Below are positions 48,417 through 59,187 of a stretch of DNA of 64,000 nucleotides, piece after piece (position 1 is the first letter of the stretch; every line of letters starts with the position of its first letter). Origin of the DNA: Halobacteriovoraceae bacterium (lineage in GTDB: Bacteria > Bdellovibrionota > Bacteriovoracia > Bacteriovoracales > Bacteriovoracaceae). The stretch covers positions 256,001-320,000 of the forward strand of contig CAVRCF010000003.1 in the NCBI GenBank assembly GCA_963719505.1, read 5' to 3'. The notes under the pieces are model-generated. The model saw nothing but the letters and a program-made list of their open reading frames with translations. It ran no database searches and was not told where the DNA came from. A program made the position numbers and the translations under genes.

Positions 48417-50819
48417 ATGATTGAGAAACTTGTACGCAAATTAAACCAATTTTATCACTTTGCATTTATTCTTATAATGGTGGGAATTCTCTCCACGATT
48501 TTTTATTTTTGGAAGTCAGGATTTATCGATGGAAGTCGCAATAAGGAACTCCATAAAGCCAACTATATTCTTGAAAGTATCACGACCGAAAAACCTCTCA
48601 AAGATGTAAGACTCTCTGTCTATAATGAAAATCCAAAGCAGGCGATAGAGAAGCTGACTGAACTTGAAAAGAAGATTGAAAAGTTAAATGTTCTGGCCGA
48701 CGACGATAAGTTCTCTGAAATTAAAAAAGAATCTGGAGAAGTAAAAACAGCGATCGCAAATTTAATCTCTTTTTCTAAAACATCTAAAATTATTAGCGTC
48801 TTTAACAGTAAGCTTGAAAAATTTAACGACTATGTAAAAGATAAAGAGTGGAGAACTCTAACGAGGACAAGTAGCCGTGTTTTAGGATTAACCCAGGGAC
48901 ATATTAATAAGAAGAAGCTTGGAAAGCTTGTTGGAACGATTGATAAAGACTTCTCTTATATGCTTAAGATTACAGATAACTCTGTGTTATCACAGCCGGA
49001 AAAAGCGGAAATAAACTCAAGAATTAGTAATCTTCAAATTGAAACAAGTATGCTTGAAAAGTATACGCGTGAGAGAAATGTCTTCTATGCAAAGATTAAT
49101 GATTTTAATAAAAATTTAAACAGTTGGATCGAGAGAGTTTCTCCGGAGTTGTCTTATCAGCGTTTGCAAGTAGAGCAAATGGGTCGTTACTACATGATGG
49201 GACTTTTTGGGATTTTAATCCTCGTCTCAGGTCTGTTCTTTTCTAGCTTTATTTTTCAAAGATGGCACCGACGAAATGCCAATGGTGAACTTGAAGCTTT
49301 TTTAGAAAAATTTGTCTCAAATAGAATTGTAGCGAACTCAAAAGAGAACTACGGTGATTTTAGTAATCAATTTAAAAATTTTACAGATGATATTTCTGAC
49401 TATGTCGAAAAAAGAATGAGCTACGGTTCAATTTTTCAAAAAGCCTTGCCTCTTTCTTCCATCATGCTTGATAAAAACTTAAAAGTAGCGTGGGCCAATA
49501 AACAATTTTGTGAAGACTGGGCTCTGTCAGAAGACGAGATAAAAAAAGACTATTTGTCGTGGGATTATCTCTCTAAGCTTACAAATCTCGGAGATAACGA
49601 TCCCGTCTTAGAAGCCTTAAGAAATAAAGTTGCAGGCATCTACCAAGTTCAAATAAGAGTTTCGGAAGATGCAGAAGTTTCTCCTTTTGAGATGTTTGTT
49701 AATCCCGTCGAGTATAAAAATGAGACGAGAGTCATGCTATTTTTCTACCCTCTCTATCATTTGCAAGAGACTATTAAAGAGCAGGCCAAGACGATAAATA
49801 ATCCAATTGAAAAAACTCTAAGGCTTATTGCTAGTAACGAGTTCAGGTCTTATCCAAAAGATGAACTTCAAACTGAATATAAGATTGCTGGAATATCACC
49901 TCTTTTAGACAAATTTGAAAATATTGTTAGTATTTTTGAAAGTGAACAGTCGAGACTTTTTGACCAAATTGAAATGCTCTATCACAAAATCGAAGTCTTA
50001 GAGAATAAAACCAATGTTATAGAGTTTGAAAATCAAAAGATCTCAGAAAATAATAAAGGACAAATCAACGACCTAAAATCTTTTAAAGAGAATATTATTC
50101 AAGCCTCTGTGACGGGTAAGATGAGCGAAGAGCTGGCAAAATCTGAAATAGAATCAATCGAGAGAATGATCTCATCATTTGAATCCAATTACTCGAAAGC
50201 TAAAACTCTTAAAGGAATGATCGCAAGTCTTAGTAGCGCTATGCCTAAGTTTGCCATCGTCAAAGATGAAGTGAAGGCGCACAAAAATCTGCTAAGTGAT
50301 ACAAAAATGAGACTCTCTCACTCACTGTCTCAGATGGTTCACCTTAAAAAGAAAATCACCGACGCCGAAGTCCTTGAAAGATTTAATAATAGTTATGAGC
50401 GAGTTGGAGTTGAATTTAAAAATCTAGATGCAACATCGATTGAGCTCGATAAGAAGATTTCTAGCTTAGAGGTTATGTTATCTAAAGGACAGATTGTTCT
50501 TAATGATGTTCATTCGAAGCTCCAGCATTTTGACCTTACACCTGAAGGGCATGCTTTAGTAAATGGTAAGGATGAACTAGAAAGATATAAGAGGGAATTT
50601 GCAAAAGTTTCAGGAGTTATCGACAACGTAGAGGCTCCCCTTATTAAAAATCTAAAATCAATGTATTTACATACGAAAGCAAACCTAGAGGCCAATAGAA
50701 ATATTGCAGAGCAGCTTGTTGAAGAACACGGTGAGATTGGTGTGGACGAAGTTTATTCGGACCATGTGGTGGATATAAACGATCAAAGTTTTACTCACGA
50801 GCCTCAAAACTCACTGTAG
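48417..50819 (+). CDS. Membrane sensor-like protein (2 TM, periplasmic helical domain, PAS-like domain, long coiled coil)
   Basis: Two TM segments; LPLSSIMLDKNLKVAWANKQF PAS-like start; heptad-rich C-terminus. Confidence 0.6.
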   Translation: MIEKLVRKLNQFYHFAFILIMVGILSTIFYFWKSGFIDGSRNKELHKANYILESITTEKPLKDVRLSVYNENPKQAIEKLTELEKKIEKLNVLADDDKFSEIKKESGEVKTAIANLISFSKTSKIISVFNSKLEKFNDYVKDKEWRTLTRTSSRVLGLTQGHINKKKLGKLVGTIDKDFSYMLKITDNSVLSQPEKAEINSRISNLQIETSMLEKYTRERNVFYAKINDFNKNLNSWIERVSPELSYQRLQVEQMGRYYMMGLFGILILVSGLFFSSFIFQRWHRRNANGELEAFLEKFVSNRIVANSKENYGDFSNQFKNFTDDISDYVEKRMSYGSIFQKALPLSSIMLDKNLKVAWANKQFCEDWALSEDEIKKDYLSWDYLSKLTNLGDNDPVLEALRNKVAGIYQVQIRVSEDAEVSPFEMFVNPVEYKNETRVMLFFYPLYHLQETIKEQAKTINNPIEKTLRLIASNEFRSYPKDELQTEYKIAGISPLLDKFENIVSIFESEQSRLFDQIEMLYHKIEVLENKTNVIEFENQKISENNKGQINDLKSFKENIIQASVTGKMSEELAKSEIESIERMISSFESNYSKAKTLKGMIASLSSAMPKFAIVKDEVKAHKNLLSDTKMRLSHSLSQMVHLKKKITDAEVLERFNNSYERVGVEFKNLDATSIELDKKISSLEVMLSKGQIVLNDVHSKLQHFDLTPEGHALVNGKDELERYKREFAKVSGVIDNVEAPLIKNLKSMYLHTKANLEANRNIAEQLVEEHGEIGVDEVYSDHVVDINDQSFTHEPQNSL

Positions 50820-50866
50820 AGCACAAAAGTATTGTGCTATAGGCAAGTGTTTGTTATATCAAACTC

Positions 50867-51103
50867 ATGACTTTATTAAATGCACTTAAAAATCAAACTT
50901 ACCTTATCAGCGCTATTTTAGAATGTGATGACGCGATTAAAAGTCGCTTCTTTCAACTGGGATTTATTCCTGGGAATAAGATTCTTCTTAAAAGAAAGGC
51001 GCCACTTTTTGGAGATCCACTTTTAGTAGAAATTGATGATTCTCAAATTGCTTTAACAAAAAGTGAAGCCAACTTAATTCAAATTGAAAACCTCGAGGCA
51101 TAA
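50867..51103 (+). CDS. feoA: Ferrous iron transport protein A
   Basis: LGFIPG, APLFGDP, IAL..EA. Confidence 0.92.
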   Translation: MTLLNALKNQTYLISAILECDDAIKSRFFQLGFIPGNKILLKRKAPLFGDPLLVEIDDSQIALTKSEANLIQIENLEA

Positions 51104-52954
51104 ATGTATTCAATAGGACTTATAGGACTACCCAATAGTGGAAAATCTGCTCTTTTTAACTCGTTGACTGGAAGTAGACAGAAAGTTGCAAACTTTCCTG
51201 GTATCACAGTAGAAAAAAAGATTGGTAGAAGAATTATTGAAGAAAAAGAAGTCATGATCGTCGATCTTCCAGGGATCTATACCTTTGATGCGACCTCATT
51301 GGATGAAAGAGTAACAAGAGATTATGTTTTAAATAACAGTGACAAAACCTCTGGCTATATTCTCGTTATCGACTCAACTAACCTTAAAAAAAGTCTCTAT
51401 CTTGCTCTTCAGCTTAAGGAGCTGGGTATCCCTTTTGTTGTCGCTTTGAATATGTTCGATTTGGCCAAAAAAAGAGGGTTAGAATTAAACCTAGATTTAC
51501 TTTCAGAAAGCTTGGGGGGAATAAGCGTTACGACCACTGTCGCTGTTAAAAAAGAGGGCTTAGATTCACTAGATAGATGCGTATCGGATTTTCTAAAAGC
51601 AGCAGATACTCATCCAAAGATAGAACACTCCTATATTCAAAAAATTAAAACACCAGAATATATAAAAGATAAACTGAACCACGTGGAAGATATTCTTTCA
51701 AAAATTACGATAAAAAAAATAAAAGCAGATAGTCTAACGTCAAAGATTGATTCTGTTGTCTTACACCCTGTTTGGGGACCACTTGTTCTCATGGGCGTGC
51801 TTATTTTTCTCTTTCAACTCCTCTTTGCCTGGGCCGATCCATTTATGGGATTAATAGAGATGGGGTTTGAAGTTATCGGTGGATTCATTGACTCTTCAAT
51901 CAGTGATGGATACCTCAAAAGTCTTCTTATTGATGGTATCATCGCAGGTGTTGGTGGAGTCGTCGTTTTCGTTCCCCATATCCTTTTTCTTTTTATTCTT
52001 ATTAATATTCTTGAAGATTTTGGTTATCTTGGAAGAGCGGCATTTCTTCTAGACTTTATCATGAGAAAACTAGGCCTTCCGGGAAAAGCTGTTATCCCTC
52101 TGCTTTCCAGTCACGCCTGTGCTATTCCGGGAATTATGGGAGCTAGAATTATCGAAAGTCCTTTTCAAAGAACGGTCACGATAATGATTTCCCCCCTTAT
52201 GGCCTGTTCTGCAAGATTACCGGTCTACACTCTTCTTATTGCAGCTATTGTTCCAGAGAAAAAGTTTCTAGGTCTTTTTGGACTTCCAGGGCTTACGATG
52301 TTTGCCCTCTATAGTTTTGGGATTGTGACAGCACTTATTATTGCGTTTATCACAAAGAAATGGGCCATCACTCCCACAGCGAACACTCTGATGATGGAGC
52401 TACCCGCTTATAGAACCCCAAATATCATAAATGTACTTAGGTCGGCTTGGCAAAAAGGTTTCCTGTTTTTAAAAAAAGCTGGGACCATTATTTTTGCACT
52501 CTCTATTATTTTATGGGGACTAGTCACATTCCCAGAACCACCGGCTGGGGCAACTGAGCCCGCTATCACTTATAGTGCCGCTGCAAAGATAGGAAGAACA
52601 TTTCAACCTGTGTTTGCACCACTTGGTTTTGATTGGAAGATGACGACTGCTCTTATCCCAAGTTTCGCTGCAAGAGAGGTACTTGTCGCGGCGATGGGAA
52701 CTGTCATGAGTGTGGAAGAAGAAGACGAAGATGCAATGATTACTGGGTTAAGTAAAAAGATGAGTAGTGAGTATAGTCTGGCGACATTAATGGCATTATT
52801 AATTTGGTTTGTTTTCTCACCACAGTGCATAGCAACTGTTGGAGTTATTAAAAAAGAAACGTCAGGTTATAAAATGCCTATAATTTTCATGGCTTACACT
52901 TTAGCTTTGGCCTATTTCTTCTCTTTTATCACTTATATTACATTCTCAGTGTAA
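51104..52954 (+). CDS. feoB: Ferrous iron transport protein B
   Basis: GLPNSGKS, NFPGITVE, DLPG, NMFD; membrane domain with CSARLPVY. Confidence 0.95.
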   Translation: MYSIGLIGLPNSGKSALFNSLTGSRQKVANFPGITVEKKIGRRIIEEKEVMIVDLPGIYTFDATSLDERVTRDYVLNNSDKTSGYILVIDSTNLKKSLYLALQLKELGIPFVVALNMFDLAKKRGLELNLDLLSESLGGISVTTTVAVKKEGLDSLDRCVSDFLKAADTHPKIEHSYIQKIKTPEYIKDKLNHVEDILSKITIKKIKADSLTSKIDSVVLHPVWGPLVLMGVLIFLFQLLFAWADPFMGLIEMGFEVIGGFIDSSISDGYLKSLLIDGIIAGVGGVVVFVPHILFLFILINILEDFGYLGRAAFLLDFIMRKLGLPGKAVIPLLSSHACAIPGIMGARIIESPFQRTVTIMISPLMACSARLPVYTLLIAAIVPEKKFLGLFGLPGLTMFALYSFGIVTALIIAFITKKWAITPTANTLMMELPAYRTPNIINVLRSAWQKGFLFLKKAGTIIFALSIILWGLVTFPEPPAGATEPAITYSAAAKIGRTFQPVFAPLGFDWKMTTALIPSFAAREVLVAAMGTVMSVEEEDEDAMITGLSKKMSSEYSLATLMALLIWFVFSPQCIATVGVIKKETSGYKMPIIFMAYTLALAYFFSFITYITFSV

Positions 52955-53047
52955 GAAAGTGTTAGGCAAATACTCTTAACATTTGGTCAGTTTTAGGAAA
53001 TTATAGCTCCTCATTACAAAGACGTATTGATGGTAACAGGAGTTTAC

Positions 53048-53908
53048 ATGGACAGATTTTTAGTACTTATAACAATGACGGCACTTTCATTAGGAGCTTT
53101 CGCAACAGACAAAGTTATCTACGGAGATGACAACAGAGTAGACGTATACGAGTCTACAAATTCAGACTTTGTTGAGCTTTCAAAAGCTACAGCAGCAATG
53201 ATCTCAACATCAAAAATGAAATTAAACAGATCAACAAATAGCTACAATATCAAAGCTGGAAAATTAGGTGACAGACTTAATGCATGTAAAGGCGAGAGAT
53301 TCGCTGAGCAACCAAGTGCAGCTAACTGTTCAGGTTTCCTAGTTGGAGATAAGTACCTTGTAACTGCAGGACATTGTATCGAAGATATGAGTGACTGTAA
53401 GGCAAGTAACTGGGTTTTCAATTACAAAATGAACAACAGCACTGAAGCAAACATGGATATTAAGGCAGAGAACGTATTTTCTTGTAAGAAAATAATCTCT
53501 CGTGAGCTTAGCAGATACAACAAAAATGACTATGCCCTTATCGAGCTAGATAGAGCAGCAGCTCATATTACTCCAGTTAAGTTTAGAACTTCTGGAAAAA
53601 TCCAAAAGAATGAAAAGCTTGTTGTAATTGGTCACCCAAGTGGTCTTCCAACAAAAATTGCTGACGGAGCTTATGTTAAGTCACTTTCTGGAAAATATTT
53701 CTCAGCAAACCTTGATACATATGGTGGGAACTCTGGTTCAGCTGTATTCAATGTCGCAACAGGCGAAGTTGAAGGAATTCTAGTGCGTGGAGCAACTGAC
53801 TATGTTAGCCGTGGTGGATGTAGAGTTTCAAACAGACTTGGAAATGATGAAGGAAACGGAGAAGACGTTACTTTCATTACAAACATCGCAGAATTACAGA
53901 ACTTATAA
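53048..53908 (+). CDS. Secreted trypsin-like (S1) serine protease
   Basis: Signal peptide, VIYGDDNR, TAGHC, DYAL, GNSGS. Confidence 0.92.
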   Translation: MDRFLVLITMTALSLGAFATDKVIYGDDNRVDVYESTNSDFVELSKATAAMISTSKMKLNRSTNSYNIKAGKLGDRLNACKGERFAEQPSAANCSGFLVGDKYLVTAGHCIEDMSDCKASNWVFNYKMNNSTEANMDIKAENVFSCKKIISRELSRYNKNDYALIELDRAAAHITPVKFRTSGKIQKNEKLVVIGHPSGLPTKIADGAYVKSLSGKYFSANLDTYGGNSGSAVFNVATGEVEGILVRGATDYVSRGGCRVSNRLGNDEGNGEDVTFITNIAELQNL

Positions 53909-53930
53909 TAAATAATTATAGATGTTAAAG

Positions 53931-53959
53931 AAGCCCTCTTATTTAGAGGGCTTTTTTTT
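53931..53959 (+). terminator. Intrinsic terminator
   Basis: AAGCCCTCT/AGAGGGCTT stem followed by a T tract. Confidence 0.8.
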
Positions 53960-53982
53960 GTCAAAAACTAGGAACATAACCA

Positions 53983-54747
53983 ATGAAAATAATCTCGTGG
54001 AACGTTAATGGAATTAGAGCTTGTGTGAATAAAGGTTTTATAGACTTTTTAGAGACCGAAAAACCAGACATCGTTTGTCTCCAAGAAATAAAGGCCATGG
54101 AGGATCAGTTCCCCGAAGAGCTTATTGAGAGAAAAGAGCATTTTTACATTCATAGTGCAAAGAAACGTGGATATTCTGGGGTTTGTATCATTTCAAAAAA
54201 GAAGCCTGAAAACACGTGGACGGGTCTTGGAATTGAACAGTTTGATGATGAAGGAAGATGCTTAATTGCTGAATATAAGAATTTTATTCTTTTTAATTGT
54301 TACTTTCCAAACGGTCAAAGAGACCATGGAAGAGTTCCTTATAAGCTCTCTTTTTCTGATGCTGTCATGAAAAAAGCAAAAGAATTAAAAAAGAAAACAG
54401 GTAAAGAGATTATTATCTGTGGCGACTACAATACGGCCCATACTGAAATGGATCTCGCCAATCCAAAATCCAATAAAAATTCAACGGGCTTTTTACCAAT
54501 TGAGCGTGAATGGATGGATAAGTTTTTTAATAATGGATTTGTTGATACCTTTAGACATTTCACGCCTATGGATGAAAATGGACACTACACTTGGTGGACC
54601 TATAGAAGTAACTGTAGAGAAAAAAATGTGGGATGGAGGATTGATTACTTCTGTGTCACCAAAGAATTCTTAAAAAAGGTTAAAAAGTCTTACCACCTGC
54701 CAGAGGTTTTAGGTTCGGATCATTGTCCTCTTGCCATAGAGATTTAA
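53983..54747 (+). CDS. xth: Exodeoxyribonuclease III / AP endonuclease
   Basis: SWNVNGIRA, LQEIK, GDYN, GWRIDY, GSDHCP. Confidence 0.95.
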   Translation: MKIISWNVNGIRACVNKGFIDFLETEKPDIVCLQEIKAMEDQFPEELIERKEHFYIHSAKKRGYSGVCIISKKKPENTWTGLGIEQFDDEGRCLIAEYKNFILFNCYFPNGQRDHGRVPYKLSFSDAVMKKAKELKKKTGKEIIICGDYNTAHTEMDLANPKSNKNSTGFLPIEREWMDKFFNNGFVDTFRHFTPMDENGHYTWWTYRSNCREKNVGWRIDYFCVTKEFLKKVKKSYHLPEVLGSDHCPLAIEI

Positions 54748-54768
54748 AGCTAAGGTCCTAGGAGCTCG

Positions 54769-55701
54769 TTACTTTTTAATCTCAAAACAAGTGTGAACTT
54801 TTAAGTCTCTATAGTCCTGGGGGATAGATTTTAGGGTGATGTCTTTTACTTTAAAAGTCTCACTGACCTCAGTATCTAGTCTAAAGTTTCTAAGATTGGT
54901 GGAGAAGTACAAAAGACCATCGTCTTTTAAAAGGTTCATACACATCTGAATCAGACCTGCGTGATCGCGACCAACACTAAATGTTCCATCCATACTCTTT
55001 GAATTTGAAAAACTTGGTGGATCACAAATAATAGTGTCGTATTTTTTTCTATCCGATCTTAAAAAATCAAAAGCATTTTGTTTGACAAAAATATGATCTT
55101 TAAACATGAGATGGTTGAGTCTGAAGTTATCCTTTGCCCAGTTGAGGTAAGTGTTAGACATATCGACTGTAGTGACATGGCCACCACCGATCGCAGCTGC
55201 AACTGAGATTGAACCGGTGTAAGCAAAGATGTTGAGAACTTCTTTGTCTTTTGACGTCTCGTTAACCATCTTTCTTAAAGGTCTATGGTCCAAGAAAAGT
55301 CCAGTATCTAAATAGTCGTAAAGGTTGACGTAGAAGAGACACTTTCTCTCTTTTACAGTTAGTTTTTCACCTTCATCGTCTTCTTTTTCGTATTGTTCTA
55401 TGCCTTCTTTAACTTCTCTTCTTTTAAGAATAATTCTCTCTTCTGGAATATTCATGACTTCTTTTATAGCTTCAAAAACTGCACCGATATGCTTGGCGCG
55501 TAAATTGAGCTCTTCATCTTCAAGTTTTTTACCTCTTTCAAACACTACTGCATTGTTTAAATAGATATCTACTATATAGGGATACTCAGGTATATCCCTG
55601 TCATACAGGCGAAATGCTTGAATAGATTCTTTATCTAACCATTTTCTCAATTTTTTAAAGTTTTTGGCCATGCGATTGGCGATAATAGAGTTGTTTTTCA
55701 T
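54769..55701 (-). CDS. Stand-alone RlmK-like 23S rRNA methyltransferase
   Basis: RLYDRDIPEY, YLDTGLFLDHR, LNIFAYTG, VDMSNTYLNW, DPPSFSNSK. Confidence 0.85.
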   Translation of the reverse strand: MKNNSIIANRMAKNFKKLRKWLDKESIQAFRLYDRDIPEYPYIVDIYLNNAVVFERGKKLEDEELNLRAKHIGAVFEAIKEVMNIPEERIILKRREVKEGIEQYEKEDDEGEKLTVKERKCLFYVNLYDYLDTGLFLDHRPLRKMVNETSKDKEVLNIFAYTGSISVAAAIGGGHVTTVDMSNTYLNWAKDNFRLNHLMFKDHIFVKQNAFDFLRSDRKKYDTIICDPPSFSNSKSMDGTFSVGRDHAGLIQMCMNLLKDDGLLYFSTNLRNFRLDTEVSETFKVKDITLKSIPQDYRDLKVHTCFEIKK

Positions 55702-55763
55702 AGTATTGGTTATATTATAGCTAGAGTTATAAACGTTAATATTTTGATTAGGTGTAGCATCAT

Positions 55764-56093
55764 ATGAGTGAAAAAGATATAGCAACAGGCGACCCAGGCG
55801 TTGCCACCATTGACGAAGTAAAAGTAAAAAAACCCGCTATGTATAAGGTTTTATTGCACAACGATGATTACTCCACAATGGAGTTTGTGATTCATGTGTT
55901 ACAGAAATTTTTCAATAAAAACTACGAAGAATCACATGCTATTATGCTTAAAGTACACCATGATGGAATTGGGATCTGCGGTATCTATACTCATGAAGTA
56001 GCTGAGTCAAAGACTTCAAAGGTGAATAAATACTCTAGGGCAAAGGGGCATCCATTAAAATGTTCTTATGAACCTTGCGATTCTGAAGATTGA
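55764..56093 (+). CDS. clpS: Clp protease adaptor
   Basis: YKVLLHNDDYSTMEFV, HPLKC. Confidence 0.96.
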   Translation: MSEKDIATGDPGVATIDEVKVKKPAMYKVLLHNDDYSTMEFVIHVLQKFFNKNYEESHAIMLKVHHDGIGICGIYTHEVAESKTSKVNKYSRAKGHPLKCSYEPCDSED

Positions 56094-56145
56094 TACCATC
56101 TTATAAATGGGTATCGGAATGAAATTTTAGAAAAAAAGAGGATTT

Positions 56146-58462
56146 ATGATCAGTACCAAATTAGAACTTCTACTTAATACGGCCATTAGGCGAGCAAATA
56201 TTTTAAAACATGAGTTTTTAACAATTGAAAATGTGATGCTCTCACTTTTGACTGATGAAACAGTAAAGTCCACTCTCATCGATTGTGATGTTGATTTAAA
56301 AGAATTAAATGAGGACCTCAAAGCCTTCGTTGAAGATAAATCAAACTTTAGTCTTTTGACTGATGAAGAAATAGAGCAACTTGGACAAGAGCAGTTTGCC
56401 AATGATGATATGAGAAAGATTGCGAACTCAAGTGGTGTTTTCTATCAGCCAGAGATTAGTTTATCTCTTCAAAGGGTTATTCAAAGAGCTGCTGTTCACG
56501 TGCAACAGTCCGGTAAAAAAGAAATTATGCCACTGAACCTTTTGGTTGCTATGTATAGCGCTAAGGACTCACACGGAATCTACTTCTTGCAAAAGCAAGG
56601 TGTCGAAAGAATTACCTTGGTTGAAAAGATTGCTCACGGTTTAGATAAACCAGTTTCTGGGGACGATATTAATCATGATGATTTAGATCCTCTGGCAGGT
56701 GATGATAAAACAAAAAAAGTGCTCGAAGAATTTACAGTTAATTTAAATGAACTGGCACGAGCGGGAAAAATAGATCCTATCATCGGAAGAGAAGAAGAGT
56801 TGCAAAGAGCGATTCAAATTCTTTGTCGAAGAAGAAAAAACAACCCTATTTTTGTTGGAGAGGCTGGAGTTGGAAAAACGGCTATCGCTGAAGGATTGGC
56901 CCAACTCATTGAAGAGGATAAAGTTCCTGAGATTATATCTGGAACTCAGATCTTGAGTTTAGATATGGCTTCACTTTTGGCCGGAACAAAATTTCGTGGA
57001 GATTTTGAAGAAAGACTTAAAGCAATTATCAAAGCTGTCTCAAGTTTAGATAAAGATAAAGGCTCAATTCTTTTTATCGATGAAATTCATAATATTATTG
57101 GCGCAGGTTCAACGAATGCTGGAAGTATGGACGCTTCAAATCTTTTAAAGCCAGCTCTTAGTCGCGGAACTTTGAGAGTCATGGGAAGTACAACCTATGA
57201 TGAATACAGAAAATTCTTTGAAAAAGATCAGGCACTCTCAAGAAGGTTTCAAAAAATTGATGTTCATGAGCCAAGTCTTCCTGATACAGAAAAAATCTTA
57301 AGAGGCTTGAGATTCAAATTTGAAGAGCATCATAATGTGACTTATTCAGATGAAATAATTGAGCCTAACTGTTAATCTTGCCAATAAGCATATTACAGAT
57401 AGAAAACTTCCGGATAAAGCCATTGATGTTATTGATGAAGTGGGGGCTTATGCCAGAATAACTCATAAACCATCCGTTGATGATGTTTACACAATAAAAT
57501 CTGAAGATATTGAGAAAATTGTCGCAAAAATTGCTCGAATTCCTGAGAAAACAATCTCTGTGAACGAAAAAGACAAAATCAAGTATCTGGAAAGAGATCT
57601 TAAACTTCTTATTTATGGACAAGATGAAGCTGTTGATAAAGTATCAAATGCCATCATTTTATCCCGAAGTGGACTTGGGAATCAGAATAAGCCGATAGCT
57701 TCTTTTATCTTTGCTGGACCAACTGGGTGTTGGGAAGACAGAACTTGCGAAACAATTGGCGCTAACCATGGGAATTAACTTTGAGCGAATCGATATGTCT
57801 GAATATATGGAAAAACATGCTGTCGCAAAACTGATTGGTGCTCCTCCGGGTTATGTCGGTTTTGATCAAGGTGGAATTCTAACTGAAAAAATTAACAAAA
57901 ATCCTTATACAGTTCTTCTTTTAGATGAAATTGAAAAAGCTCATCCCGATGTCTTTAATATTCTCCTTCAAGTTATGGATCACGGAAAACTTACTGGATT
58001 CAAATGGGAAAACCACTGATTTTAGAAATGTTATTCTTATTATGACATCTAATGCTGGCGCAAAAGAGATGGAAGGCGGAAGTATAGGATTAGGTAAGAG
58101 TACAAAAGTGAATACTGGTAAACGTGATCAAGCACTTAAAAACTACTTCACCCCAGAGTTTAGAAATAGACTTGATGCAATTATTAACTTCAATCACTTA
58201 ACAGATGATAATATTCACTCGATTGTAGAGAAGTTTTTAATGGAATTAGAGAATCAATTAGTAGAAAAGAAGGTCGAGTTAGAGGTAACCAAAGAGGCAA
58301 TGGATTGGTTTGCAACTAATGGTTATGATCAAAAAATGGGAGCAAGACCTATTGGAAGACTTGATCGATGATAAGATCAGAAAGCCTCTGGCCAACGAAA
58401 TTCTGTTTGGAAAATTGGAGAATGGTGGGAAAGTTAAGTGCCAAATTAGTGGGCGATTCTAG
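56146..58462 (+). CDS. clpA: ATP-dependent Clp protease ATP-binding subunit (at least 4 indels; end approximate)
   Basis: [47 protein letters not shown] across four ORFs; follows clpS. Confidence 0.93.
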
Positions 58463-58584
58463 TTGAATTTGAGTTTTTCGCCACAAAAAGAGGAAGAAAT
58501 TTCACTATAATAGGTAAAAATAACAAATTAGGAAAATCACTTTTTTCTTAGGGGAAAAGTAAAAAAAAATTACAAGCATAATAA

Positions 58585-58630
58585 AAGCCGAAACAAAGTT
58601 ATATCACGATGTTTCGGCTTTTTATTTTTG
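58585..58630 (+). terminator. Hairpin/terminator after clpA
   Basis: AAGCCGAAACA...TGTTTCGGCTT followed by a T-rich tract. Confidence 0.55.
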
Positions 58631-58660
58631 GCTTCAACTTTTGGGACCTCAAAAAAAAGC

Positions 58661-58741
58661 TCAAGGGATTCACAAATAAGACCGAAATAAAAACAAAATT
58701 TATATTTTTTATTTGCGTTAAAATAAAAAAGTGTTTATCCT
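58661..58741 (+). promoter_or_regulatory. Tandem sigma-28-like and sigma-70 promoters
   Basis: TCAAG-N15-ACCGAAAT (58661-58688) and TTGCGT-N17-TATCCT (58713-58741). Confidence 0.5.
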
Positions 58742-58790
58742 AAAATTGAATATGTTAATTTGATAATCATTTATTTCTGGGAGGAAATTT

Positions 58791-59163
58791 ATGGCAGTTA
58801 AGAAAAAAGCAACAAAAAAAGTAGCTAAAAAAGCTACAAAAAAGAAAGTAGCTAAGAAAGCGACTAAGAAAAAAGTGGCTAAGAAAGCAACTAAGAAGAA
58901 AGTAGCTAAGAAAAAAGTAGCTAAGAAGAAAGTAGCTAAGAAAGCGACTAAGAAAAAAGTAGCTAAGAAAGCAACTAAGAAAAAAGTAGCTAAGAAAAAA
59001 GCTACGAAAAAGAAAGTAGCTAAGAAAAAGCTAAGAAAAAAGTAGCTAAAAAAGCTACAAAAAAGAAAGTAGCTAAGAAAAAAGCTACTAAAAAGCGGCT
59101 AAAAAAGCAACTAAGAAGAAAGTTGCTAAGAAGACGACTAAAAAAGTAGCTAAAAAGAAGTAA
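58791..59163 (+). CDS. Histone H1-like Lys/Ala-rich repeat protein (about 124 aa after correcting two A-run indels)
   Basis: KKKVA/KKAT repeats continue in shifted frames to TAA 59163; GGAGG SD; terminator follows. Confidence 0.8.
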
Positions 59164-59187
59164 TTAAAGCATCTTTTTGATACAAAG

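Noticed and set aside
57355-58370. clpA as a split gene or pseudogene
   Set aside because: All AAA+ motifs are intact across single-base indels, consistent with consensus error
58795-59160. CRISPR-like or satellite repeat
   Set aside because: No unique spacers; variation is at synonymous positions of a Lys/Ala coding repeat
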